From Bugula neritina (Eukaryota; Animalia; Bryozoa): a DNA stretch of 64,000 nucleotides. Every line of letters begins with the position of its first letter. The first letter of the stretch is position 1. Where the stretch lies: assembly GCA_964035545.1 (NCBI GenBank), contig OZ037768.1, positions 4,186,741-4,250,740 on the forward strand, given 5' to 3'. Positions 1-12,075 of this stretch are shown in pieces. The position numbers were made by a program, and so were the translations under genes. Below the pieces are notes generated by a model. The model made no database searches and was not told the origin of the DNA. It saw only the letters and a program-made list of their open reading frames with translations.

Positions 1-324
1 ATGTTTCAACTTTAAAGTGCGTGGTTGATAAATATTGACGGTAAATTAAAATCATGCGTATTATGCATATGTACCTGATAAATAAAACTGAAAACTGGTT
101 ATATAACATACTGCAATTGCACTGTGTAATATAAATATATACATATATCAATTTTAGTAGTAAATTACAAATTCTAATATATGGATGGAATAATCAAAAG
201 CTTTTAGATTTTGTGTATAAAATATTTGAAAAAATTAAACTTGCTATACGTCCACATACTGTAATCTTCAAGAATAATGTAGACGTAAGTATCGTTCTTT
301 TGTGCAGTTTGGTAATCAATTGCA

Positions 325-1029
325 TCAATCACAGCAACATGCGCAGAGTGTGATCACAAGTAGAGAAATGAACGTTGCTATTGCACAAACTACTGTTGTC
401 AGAATAATTGAGGCAGCTGCAATTGCAGCTGTGGATATAAGCATAGCTGTGAATGTTGTTGAAAATGCAATGCTTGAAAATACCAGGCAGACTACACCGT
501 AAAACTTTTGGCAACTTGATCTCTTAAACATGATAATCACATTCCCTGTTGTAATGATCAGCTGAAGAAAGCTGACAGAAAATGCTACGATACTAGCAAT
601 TCTCTCAAAATCATCTTGTAGCGAATAAACTGCTTGATCAGATTGTCTAGCTATCAGCAACTTGGCAACTCCAATCATGAAATCTTCAAAAGCAAACCCT
701 AGTATGTAGTTGACTTTATTCCACATAGAAAAACATGAAGAGTCATCAAGTTCTTCCGAGTCATGACAATCGCAGCCAACAACACACCAAGCTGAGATGA
801 ACAGGAATACTTGACTGGCACACAGTATTCCTTGTATTATACATCCAGCCAACCACAAATCTGTATATACTTTAATTTCAGCATCTTGTGCAGTTTTCTG
901 CGACTTATTCAAAAATGTGTGCAGAGCCCTGCTTTCTGTTACCAAGTCAGTTGTACTTGCAATAAACTGAACAAGGTAGAAGAAAATTTTCCATCTTACT
1001 GTACACGTTCTGCCAATACCACATGCCAT
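325..1029 (-). CDS. Uncharacterised multi-pass membrane protein (about 6 hydrophobic segments), paralog 1; uninterrupted CDS, 234 aa
   Basis: ATG-to-stop ORF with several long hydrophobic stretches and a Cys-rich tail (LCACCCD). Aligns by eye along most of its length with the 14271-15023 ORF (WLAGCIIQGILCASQ / WLVGCILQGVLCASQ; FSMWNKVNYILGFAFEDF / FSWWNNINYIIGFIFEDF; SIVAFSVSFLQLIITT / SIVAFSVTFLQLVITT). TATA-like TATATTTAAA lies about 25-35 nt upstream of the ATG. Confidence 0.8.
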   Translation of the reverse strand: MACGIGRTCTVRWKIFFYLVQFIASTTDLVTESRALHTFLNKSQKTAQDAEIKVYTDLWLAGCIIQGILCASQVFLFISAWCVVGCDCHDSEELDDSSCFSMWNKVNYILGFAFEDFMIGVAKLLIARQSDQAVYSLQDDFERIASIVAFSVSFLQLIITTGNVIIMFKRSSCQKFYGVVCLVFSSIAFSTTFTAMLISTAAIAAASIILTTVVCAIATFISLLVITLCACCCD

Positions 1030-1091
1030 CGTAATGAGGGAGCGTCACTGCCCTTTAAATATATAGGAGTATATAATTATTATTTAGCCTG

Positions 1092-1780
<689 letters not shown>

Positions 1781-2519
1781 CTGACATTACTTCAACTGCC
1801 AGTATTCTATTGCTTAGCAACTGTAGCCTGTTTTTCAAGGAATTGCATCACCTCATTGTCATTACATGTATGAAGGTAACTGAAACGTTTTTTCCAACAT
1901 GCCTGCTGCTGCATACAGAATTTCTCTGTGAATCCAATTCCATCGGTAGTTGTATTCTAATAGAAGCAAACGCCTGCATCTCTTCTGCTGTTTGACAGAG
2001 CGATGAGTTGCAGTGTCAGAAAAGACTGAGAACTGAGATCATTCAGCTGGAAGACACTCTGGCTCAGGTGAGGAAGGAGTATGAGATGTCTCGTATTGAG
2101 TTGGAACAAACCCTAGCGGCCAACGAGCAGATGGGCACAATCAACCGGGAGATGCGAAACCTGATAAGTAGTTTGCAGAATCACAACAGACAGTAGAAGG
2201 CGGAGTGACAGCGGTACAAGAGGAAGTTCAAGGACGCGCAGGTTGAACTATCAAAGTTACGTCTGACGGACAGAAACAGCCCGAAACCGGAGTTGGTAAG
2301 TAAAACCTTTTTCATTACTCTATGATATTCACAACAGTTGCATAAACAGTATGTTTTTTGTGGGACAAGTTTGTGTTTTCATTTTATATTTCAATGAAGT
2401 GTTAACTTATTAAAGGATTTTTAAGTCCAAGTTTTGTAAATTTTGAAGTTTTTATCTAAAATTTATTTGTATTTGGTAAGAGTCGATCATACATGCACTT
2501 TACTAACTAGTCAACTCTC

Positions 2520-2620
2520 TAGATGTAGTCACTCTTATCCACATGTGTAGACTTTACTATCAACATGTGTAGACTTTACTATCAACACGTGAAGACTCCA
2601 CTATCAACACATGTAGACTG
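2520..2620. repeat. Degenerate 22-bp minisatellite (TGTAGACTTTACTATCAACATG), 4-5 copies
   Basis: Visible tandem units in the Bre1-fragment intron. Confidence 0.75.
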
Positions 2621-3586
2621 TCATAATAGGCATATACAACCCTGGATAGATTAAATATGTGTCAAAATTATAAGCCGCTTTTCTGGTAGAAACTGAGGGC
2701 CAGAAATTTCAAACATTTATTGAACTTTTAACACTGAGCAAAATGCTGCCTGAGTTTTCTGAATTTTTTGCTGCTTATTGAATAATAAAAATATTCAAAT
2801 TTCATGTCTGATGCCTTTTGTCAATGTAGTCCGCCTTAGTTTTGTACCCAAGTTTCAAGTAGCTCCCAGCTGCATCACTGTTTGCTACAGAAAGGGGAAG
2901 GCAGCACGCCATCCAGCTGTACAGAGTTGAAGCCTGCTAAAGAGATTCCCAAGCAGGAGCTGACCGGCAAGAAACACGAGGTAGACGAGTTTGTGGACAA
3001 GTCGAAAGGTAAAGGCAAGGCTGACAAAGAATTCGTGTCCAACATGAAGCAGCAACTGAAATAAGTTATAAGTTGGTAAAGCATCCCGTGTGACTCGCTA
3101 GATTATATCTATGTGGTAATTGTTGTGGGAGTTTATGTTGGATAGTGTTGGTGAAAAACCAACATATTCCAAGAGTTGATAGATGTGCCAGTAACCTTGT
3201 TTTTAAGTGGAGCTCTCACTCTATTAGTTGTATTGATTACTGTGCTGTAGACATAAGATCTCATATGTGGAATAGGTGGGCAGGTGGGCGAAGGTTGGCC
3301 TAAATCTATCCCAATCTGCTTCTGGAACAATTGCACTGTTGAGGAGACAAATCTTAAATATTTTATAGCACTATATGATGGGCAACTAAATCTATTCTTT
3401 CACAGCGTATTTGAGATTTGTCTTTCTGTGTTTAGTATATTGTGTACAGGTGTTTTCGTAGATGGTTAGAGGGACTGTTTTTACTTTGATATAATAAATA
3501 ACTGGTGTAACTCTGGAGGTAGATTCACTCATTGTGTGGCATATTTAAAGAATTAAAAGCAATAAACAGCCAGAAAGAAATGAAGC

Positions 3587-3714
3587 TGTAAGATGATCTG
3601 ATGTTGACAAGCTACAAGCTAGCAAGTACTAAAGCTACTGACAAGTGATAGCCGAAGGAAAGCCAACAAGGAACACTCTGGAGCTGGAGCTTAGCCTGGT
3701 AGGTTAACATTACA
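3587..3714 (+). repeat. 5' LTR (128 bp) of the Gag-protease element
   Basis: Identical to 6122-6249; TG...CA termini. Confidence 0.95.
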
Positions 3715-3732
3715 TGGCGCAGTCGGCAGGAT
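3715..3732 (+). other. Primer-binding site, tRNA-Ser type
   Basis: TGGCGCAGTCGGCAGGAT is complementary to ATCCTGCCGACTGCG-CCA, which matches the 3' end of metazoan tRNA-Ser (AGA/TGA family) as recalled. Confidence 0.8.
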
Positions 3733-4038
3733 ATTGAGGAGACAAGAGTTACAAAAGAGAGAAGTGCGTTGTTTGGAGTTCACTAGACTTCAGAGGTTTA
3801 TATTTGGAAAAAAGAGTCGAGAGGCTTGTTGAGAAAGGTGGTGAGTGTTGACTTTTGAGCAATTTATAAAGAATACTAATAGATTCAGAATAAGAGTGAC
3901 TGCGAAAGGAACTGAGAATTAAACTTTGAGAGACACGGATGCCCAGAGATTGAAACTGAGAGTACAGTGCATAATCACGAGATAGCTGCTTAAAATTAAA
4001 TTGTTTTATTTACTATATTAAAACTGCTCAAGTGTAGT

Positions 4039-5412
4039 ATGGCTCATGAAGACATCAAATTAGACCTTAATGCTTTTCCTAAATTAAAGTTGGATGAAAG
4101 CAACATAACCAAATCTTGGAACTCATGGCTCATTCAATTTAAATTGAGTATAGAAGTTACTTCCCTTAATGCAGGGTTTGAAGTAGTAGGGGATGAACAG
4201 GTTAGCAGATTCAGAGGTAGGAGAAAGCTTTTAGCTCTGTTAGGAGCTGTAGGGTCAGAAGGTCTTGATACTTTACAGTCATTAGGTTTTGATTTGAATA
4301 ATAACTCTGATGATGGATATGAGTTAGCCTTAGACTTACTGCAATCTCACTATGATAGAGATGATACATTTTATGTGAAAACCATGAAGTTTGTCACTGT
4401 GACCCAAGCTTGTGGAGAAAACGAAATTGATTATTTGCTAAGAGTTGAGAAGCTAAGTAGAGCAATAAACTTTGGCAATAATGATGATGTTAGAATGGGA
4501 TTTGCAGTTGCACTAGCAGTTAATGGTCTAAGAAATGCAGGATTACGTAGACATTTGTTGCAGCATGCTAACCTAAGCTGGGAACAGCTGAAAAGAAAAA
4601 GTCGTGCTGCACATTTAAGTAAACTTTCTGAGGATGCTTTAAATGCAATAAACAATGAATGCATAGATGAACAGTCAATTGGTAGACTCACATATTCTTA
4701 CCAAGCTAATGGTAACTCAAAACATTGTAAGAAAAGAGATAAAGTCCTACATAGATCTAATTATGATAAGGCAACTTCTATCAATAGAGATAACTCTTTT
4801 TCAAAGAAAAAGGAGGCATGTAATTCATATCAACATTGTAGTTATAAATCGCAAAATGCTTACAAAAGTCATGTTAGATGCTTTAGATGTGACCGTACAG
4901 GACATTATGTGAGAAACTGCCCTAAAACCCGTTGCTACATGTGCAAGGAATTCGGCCACATTGCTCAAGATTGTTCTGATACTGAAAGATACCATCACAA
5001 AAAGAGATATGTGGAACAAAGAAAAAACAGGATCAGAGTTATGGACTCCTTAAAATCAGTGAAGTTTTCTAAAAAGAGTGATGTGACTTATAATCACAAT
5101 GTCAGTCCTAAAATAACAAGGACTTTACTAGTTAGTGGTAGGCGTGTAGAATTCTTGCTAGATACTGGGTCTGAGGTTTCTACACTTACAGAGGCGACTG
5201 CAGAAAAGTTGAAAATTAAATTAAAGGAACCAGATAAGCATATTACAGGTGTTGATAAGTCTTTGGTGAATGTGCTAGGCAGAGCTAAGGTTTGCATTGG
5301 CGACTTCAACAGATTTGTGGATACCAAGATTTATGTATTGGCAAACTCTACTGAAAATTTGCTTGGTATAGCTGATATTACTAGGTTAAAATTGCTGGAT
5401 CTGCAATGTTGA
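4039..5412 (+). CDS. gag-pro: Gag-aspartic protease polyprotein (457 aa)
   Basis: Gag-like N-terminus (WNSWLIQFK), two CCHC knuckles (CFRCDRTGHYVRNC, CYMCKEFGHIAQDC), retropepsin active site FLLDTGSEVSTL and closing NLLG motif; stop immediately after the protease. Confidence 0.92.
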   Translation: MAHEDIKLDLNAFPKLKLDESNITKSWNSWLIQFKLSIEVTSLNAGFEVVGDEQVSRFRGRRKLLALLGAVGSEGLDTLQSLGFDLNNNSDDGYELALDLLQSHYDRDDTFYVKTMKFVTVTQACGENEIDYLLRVEKLSRAINFGNNDDVRMGFAVALAVNGLRNAGLRRHLLQHANLSWEQLKRKSRAAHLSKLSEDALNAINNECIDEQSIGRLTYSYQANGNSKHCKKRDKVLHRSNYDKATSINRDNSFSKKKEACNSYQHCSYKSQNAYKSHVRCFRCDRTGHYVRNCPKTRCYMCKEFGHIAQDCSDTERYHHKKRYVEQRKNRIRVMDSLKSVKFSKKSDVTYNHNVSPKITRTLLVSGRRVEFLLDTGSEVSTLTEATAEKLKIKLKEPDKHITGVDKSLVNVLGRAKVCIGDFNRFVDTKIYVLANSTENLLGIADITRLKLLDLQC

Positions 5413-6121
5413 TATAAAATGATACATGTGTGTTGTAGATATGGAAAAGTGTATTGATGTTCACTGTAATGATATAAACACATTATTGCAGTGGAATACT
5501 ATGGAATGACAGGCAGAAGCAGTTACCAACAATGTTGTCTGCTCCCGTGAGTTTAACTCATGGAAGACTCTGTAAGCCGACGAGAGAAGTCAGTTGTGAC
5601 CCTCGCTGTTGCTTCACGGGGTGTGAGCCGAGTGTAGTCTATATGCAGACCCTCGACATCTCACTTTCAGATAATATGATAAATGTGAGGTTTGACCTCA
5701 GTACTGACATGACATCATCAACATTGCCACTAATGTTGTCTGCTCCTGTGAGTTCCTTAGTTTAACTCATAGAAGACTCTGCAAGCTAGCAAGAGAAGTC
5801 AGCCTTGACTCTTGCTGCTACTTCACTTGCAGATAATACGATAAATGTCAAATTTGGCATTGTTCTTCCCAACAGTGCTAGCAATGAGAGGAGGTGGGAT
5901 TCAACATCTAGGACTGAGCCACTTTGAACCACTTCATAATAAGTTTAAGTATTCAAGGGCATTAGTTGAAAGCTAGTTTTGTTTGAATTGATTGCACTTC
6001 TCTTTTAAAAGAAAAGGGCATGTGGAATTATTAGCATCATGATGATGATAATATAGATATGTGTTCTGGTATTCTGAAAATGTGCTCTTGTGCCCTGCTT
6101 CTCTTTTGTAAGGAGGGAGCA

Positions 6122-6249
6122 TGTAAGATGATCTGATGTTGACAAGCTACAAGCTAGCAAGTACTAAAGCTACTGACAAGTGATAGCCGAAGGAAAGCCA
6201 ACAAGGAACACTCTGGAGCTGGAGCTTAGCCTGGTAGGTTAACATTACA
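6122..6249 (+). repeat. 3' LTR (128 bp) of the Gag-protease element
   Basis: Identical to 3587-3714; followed by TSD GAAGC. Confidence 0.95.
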
Positions 6250-8774
6250 GAAGCTGCTGTTAGATATGTGCAAATCATCTCCTAAAGAACAGAAAGATAA
6301 AGTTCAGGTATAGTTTGATATATTGTACGGCTTGTTCTTAGGTCATCATTTACAGTTCACTCAAATTTTAGTACTTGATATGTTGAATCGTAAGCTGTGC
6401 ATACATGTACATGCACGTATATACAGGCGTGTACCTACTAGGTTGGCTTGCGCTTACATGTAGACTGACACCGGTAATATATAGGAAGTATATTGAATTT
6501 TATAATTTGTATAAGGACACACATGGATACAAATAAAAATTTTAGTATAATATTATATTTATATTATTATGGAATGTGTGATAGTGCCAATTGCGTGAAA
6601 ATGAAAAGATAACTCCAATTAGCTTCTATTATGTTTAAATTTATTCATGCTCAAAATTACCTATGGTAATTTTCGTTGGGTTTTAGCAACACTAATTTTT
6701 CATACTGATTCATTTAGCCAACTGCAGTGTAGAATCCGTGTATATTTTAATATAGATGTATATATATATTATAATGTTGACAAGGGGTAAGGTGATAAGC
6801 TATGTCATAAGCACATCTAAAAGACTGTTTAAAGTATTTTTCATTGAATGTCACAGTTTAATAGTGTTAGTGGCACCCAGCAGCGTTGGACAGTCACTCC
6901 CAACTACCTGACTGTAAAGAACATCATTTCTAAACATCTTCTCATTTGAAATTAATGGTAAGATATAGCAGCATATACTTCAGTTATGAAACGGCTCGGT
7001 ACAACTCAAGTGCTCATTTGTATTCATTAAAATATAAACACATACTTCATCATCTCAAGTGGCCATCTATAGGTAATAACCTTTTAACAGATAATAATTA
7101 TTTGACTTCATTTGTCAAGATATCTGACTTAAACTAAAGTAGAGATCAAAGCTGCTCCCATTTCTCTAGTTTAGCAGGTAAAATATCACCTTTTGTTGTA
7201 ATGAGGTCAATTTGCACTTTACAGTTACACTGCCTTTATTCTTCTTCATGTTTTCCACCTACCCTAAAGGTATTAGTCAACTGTGTAAATAGAGCTCTTT
7301 GATGTTTCTTTTTTTAAACTGTTATCTCCTCATATAACCTTGGAACTCTGTGATATTAATTTTTTTCATAATTTAGCTTCTGAACTCTGTGATAATAATA
7401 TTTCTCATTTACTTTTATATCAGCGTTGACAGGCGGCAGAACTTGTTTAAAATAACTTAGTTAGGCTTCTCTCATTTTAAATTTTATTGTTGATGAATTG
7501 TTTAAAAGTTGTTGTGGTGCTAACAGATGCAGGAGGAAAAGTGATGATAACATGAAACGCATTGCACTTGGCATATTCTTGCTTCATTATTGACTGCGGT
7601 TTAGGAAACCTCACTGTCATTCTATCATTATCTTCCTTTTTATTTCTATTAAATTAAAATTATTTACCGATGTCATATCCAGCATAGATAATTCAAATAC
7701 TTATGTCAAGCTTGTCATTCGCTGTATTTGATTTGTTGAGAATTAATTCATATGATTTTAATCATGTCTACCAGTTTTTATATGCATTTAACAATAACTG
7801 GGCGTGTACTGTTCATATTTGCCAGACTATTCATATTTTCCAGCTCTCAAGTTTCACAATAGATTCTCCTGAGCTAACAAAGTTGAACGCTGGCAGCGGT
7901 CCTGCTATCTCCATCACTTGACAGCTGCGACGGTCTGCACCAGTCTTCCTGTTGAAGTTGAAGTTGAAGTTGAACTTTTGAAATGTCTTGAGCGTTATTC
8001 ACCGGCTTTTCATATATCGATCTCAGATCGATCTCAGCGAGATCGATTCATGGAAAGCCAATGATTGGGTGTAGCTGTCAATCAACTGGGAGTGGTTGTC
8101 CTTTGTACGAGATGCTTTCATAGACAATATACTTTGAAAGAGGAACTAATACTGACAACTATGAATATCAAGCAGCGGCTGTCATGTCACAGACAGTGTG
8201 TTAAATTTATGGGAATATTGTAAGAATAACAAAACTAGATTTTCTTTGAAACTTTGAACCATTATATAAACTTTAGAGCAAATAGTGTGAGTTTTTGGGA
8301 GATTTCAGCTTACCTAGGATATAAAATTTTAAAAATTGAAATTTGGCGACCCACATTTTGTCAAATTTATTTACTGCAACTGTGAATATACTTACCACCC
8401 AACATCTGCCACCACAAAACCGATTGGAAGACCACAAGGTTGAAATGTCATTATGTAAACATTATTTAAATATTAACAACACTGGCTTTTTATTGGCAAT
8501 ATTTTCATAAAGCGTCTTATTTTCATAGTTTTGCACTAAGCTATGGTAAAAGTTCTGGTTATTTTTGTAACCACTGTAGGTTATTTGGTCTCGGGGTACT
8601 TTTTAAAAATATTCACTTCTTAAGCTAATCTCTACTCCGTAGGATTTTTTCACATGTTCAAAGTGTTGCTAAGAAACAATCAGATGCTTAGAAGGACTAA
8701 ATGTTAGGGTAGATATTATGTATTATGATATACTAGTATTTGATGAATGAGATTGAAAGATATGATGGTTTACT

Positions 8775-8778
<4 letters not shown>

Positions 8779-8823
<45 letters not shown>

Positions 8824-9131
8824 GTTTTTTGACATCTTATCTAGCTTTAATTACTTATACGATGGAGCATGTTATAGATACATTATGTAACTTTACAGAT
8901 TGTAAAGTTATATAAATGTTGAGCTTTTCCTATTAAAATGATCTCATTGCATATATTACATGTATAATTCACTATTACTATTAGTACTATTACAACTACA
9001 GCATATTAGTACTAGTATAGCCTACTAGTATTAGTGTAGTATAACTATATTACTATTAGTACTCATGCTATAGTGTTGCTATTAAAATCTGGAAGACTCA
9101 ACTTTATTTCATAGAGTCAATAGATTATAGT
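8779..9131 (+). repeat. (TA)n run plus copy 2 of the 310-bp direct repeat
   Basis: Matches 1474-1780. Confidence 0.9.
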
Positions 9132-10987
9132 TGGTAAACCATGTTCTAAGCTCTACAATATTATTTCATTATTTCATTGGAATCAAAATTATGAATATAA
9201 AAACTCAACTTCTACTAGTATAATTTCACTCATTATAAAATATACATTTTTAATTTTAATTAATAACCCAGTAGTTACATTCCTAAATAAACAAATCACA
9301 AAATTCTTATTATATAACTTTTTGCTTATTCACAGGACTTTTGCTGTTGTGCAGATAAAAAATAAATACCTTAGCTTAAGTTAGCATTGTGCATGGTGAT
9401 GTAGCAAAGTACATTTTAATACTTTTTCTTTCGCATTTCAACATAGCTGCCAAATATCAAAAAGTGGTTGAGACTATAGCAAAGTAAAAGTAATGCATTT
9501 TTAAATTAGCACTATTTTTAATTTTTCTAAGTTATATAAATGGATCTGCTAAGATGGTGGATAAGATTATCACACACCTGAAATTTGTATAAGGAGTCTG
9601 GTAGCTGAAACTTTGATAAATCTTTGCGACTGTCTTCTTGAATCTTAGATTCTATATTATGGTTGTTTTCAATTTACTGCTTTCGCACCATCAAATGCAT
9701 GTGCCATGCTAGACTGTACAAAAGTTGGTTAGGCTGTAATTTAGATATTGATCCAAGTGGCGTGATGAAAATTCCATCTTCCAAGTTTGGAATTGTACGC
9801 GGGAAATTCCCCAGTAGGTACACAGGGGGAGGGGGGGGGGGGGGGGGGGGTAGAGCTAAGATGTAGCTTCTACAACCGTTACATTACTATGTAGATTGAT
9901 GCTCAATCATAATCATTGCTATTAATTATTATAGTAATTGCTATTATTTTTATACTTTATGTTGATGAAGTGACGAATTGAAGCCCTCCTCCTACTCTTC
10001 CATAAAGTATATACTGACAGTGCAGGCTCATTACATAACATTTCTATTGGTTATTTGTGGTTAGTTAGTATCATTACATAGTGGACATAAACACATCACC
10101 AGGCTGTTTGTACTTAAATAACTTCTAAAGCTAAAGTTACTTGTTTTATGAGAATCAACTGTTAAATCAAACTTGGTACGATTATTTACTGCAGGTTAAG
10201 TATTAGTTAGTGGAAATTTACCTATCCAAAAACTTTGAGGGAGGGAATTTCCCTTCTGAGACCCGAGCATGTCATCTGTTATCATCATCTGTCATTAGTA
10301 AGCAAATAGCAGAGCTGTAGCAATAGCATGGTAACTAGATTTGTTAGCCATAGGAGGTCCCTTATGTTTGAGAGGCCAAATTCTAAGACCTAAGTTTTAA
10401 GTCATTTGGTCTTTTGCTGAACATGCATTACATATATAACAATATTCTGTAATGGTAACGCATAGTAAAAGTAAAAGGTTATGTAATAAAAACTCTTATA
10501 TGTTGTGTTTTGCTTTCTCATTTAGTCGCAGTATAACTGAGAAAGTGCAATATTAGCCTAAGCTCTCTAACTTTTTTTATTTAAATATTAGTCTACTGTG
10601 TAACTCCACTAAGCTGAGTGTAAATGAAACCATTAAGACACTTTCTATAAACTACTAAAATTTGGTGTTATTTAGATATTGCAGAATTATTGAGATTTAA
10701 GACTGATTTGAGCACCTATCAGAATGTCTACCCAGCCAAATAGCTAAAAGTTTCAATTAGTCAGCATGCTGCTGACTTTGCAGAGAAAGCAAAACTTCCA
10801 TTTCCCAAATAGACAATAGAGGGGATTCCCAATTTGTAATCCCAATCAATAGCTGCTGTTAAAACAAGTGCAGCCCAGCTCTATAGCAACTCTGCTTGAT
10901 AAGCAGTAAAACTAGTGTCGAACGAAAATTAAAAGAAAAATAATTTTATAAAAATGTAATAAAATACTAATATAATAAACTATGTTT

Positions 10988-11055
10988 CTAAATGGAATAT
11001 TTAAGTGAGTATCTAAATGGAATATTTAAGTGAGTATCTAAATGGAATATTTAAC
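10988..11055. repeat. 25-bp tandem repeat (TCTAAATGGAATATTTAAGTGAGTA), about 2.7 copies
   Basis: Visible tandem units. Confidence 0.85.
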
Positions 11056-11360
11056 TGGGTAAAGTATTTAACTAATTGTCTCTGAAGTGTTTTGGGAATA
11101 ATTTATGGAATATGCAAATGACGTTTGTTGTGTGATATAAAGTATGTGAATGAAAATGTATAACTAAATTGTATATGATACGTGTAAACAGTGTAAAAGA
11201 ATGCTCGTAATTAATCAAGCTTAAATCTGATTTGCATAAACAAGAACTTTGAATGTCATTTAGTTAAAAACTAGAATATTATGTAGATTGATATTAGAGT
11301 TTTCTTCGATCAACAAATGTTAGATTTTGGTTTGGCTTTTAACAAAATTATTCATGCAAG

Positions 11361-11408
<48 letters not shown>

Positions 11409-11729
11409 TTCTATGTGTGTAATGGTAGCAACTCTGAACATTAATTTTCGGGAGGCAAATTTAGGACCTGCCCCTCCAAAGAATGAAACTATAAATTATG
11501 TTCTTGTTTATAAATATCTATTTCATGATAATAACTTGGAAGCAAAATTACAATAATAATAAAGATGATAACCAAACCAAAAGAAAAGAAAACAATTCCA
11601 GCGATCTTTCGAAATCTTGCTGTGCAATAGAATACTAGCAACTTACAAAGTTAATGAGCCTTCAAATATGACTTTATATAATTTCAAAATCAATAATTAA
11701 AAATTCTCTCAGAAATAAAGGATGGTTTC

Positions 11730-12075
11730 TATAATTTGTGCAGTTTAAAAAACATCCAATAATTTTCTTGATTCAAAACTTAGTTTCTTTCAAATATAAA
11801 TTTTATACAGCTTTAATTGACATCAATAAAATTTTCAATTCACAATAATAGTTTCTTCAAGTATAAATTTTGTGCAGCTTCAACATTCAATAACTTTCTT
11901 GATTCAAAGTAATAGTTTTCTTCAAATATAAATTTTGTGCAACTTCAACATTCAATAATTTTCTTAATTTAAAATAATAGTTTTCTCCAAATGCAATTTT
12001 GTGCTGCTTTAATATTCAATGATTAACAAATTTTCTCTCAATTCAAAAATAATAGTTTTCTTCAGATACAATTTT
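11730..12075. repeat. Degenerate tandem repeat of about 60-65 bp (AATAGTTTTCTTCAAATATAAATTTTGTGCAGCTTCAACATTCAATAA...), about 5 copies
   Basis: Recurring core at about 60-65 bp spacing. Confidence 0.7.

Larger units (their letters stand above)
3587..6249 (+). mobile_element. Non-autonomous Ty3/Gypsy-type LTR retrotransposon (2663 bp) encoding Gag+protease only
   Basis: Identical 128-bp LTRs (3587-3714, 6122-6249; TGTAA...TTACA). 5-bp TSD GAAGC (3582-3586, 6250-6254). PBS directly after the 5' LTR. Purine tract AAGGAGGGAG just before the 3' LTR. One long ORF and no RT/RNase H/integrase motifs. Confidence 0.95.
1999..6307 (+). pseudogene. BRE1: Bre1/RNF20-RNF40 E3 ubiquitin ligase gene fragment (three exons, pseudogenised, interrupted by an LTR element)
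   Basis: Exon 1999-2295 reads [79 protein letters not shown], matching the conserved RNF20/40 coiled coil but with two in-frame stops. Exon 2891-3060 has a broken donor (AA|ATAAGT). The third exon KAINSQKEMK/LLLDMCKSSPKEQKDKVQ (about 3555-3586 + 6255-6307) is split by the LTR element. No N-terminal or RING exons seen. Confidence 0.88.

Noticed and set aside
3587-6249. Retrozyme (hammerhead ribozyme in the small LTR element)
   Set aside because: No CTGANGA...GAAA core with pairing stems found by eye; the LTR has CTGATGT only. An Rfam scan would settle it.
9824-9851. Poly-G runs (also near 13593, 33364, 42514, 47761) as functional G-quadruplexes
   Set aside because: Simple homopolymers with no supporting context and prone to sequencing error.
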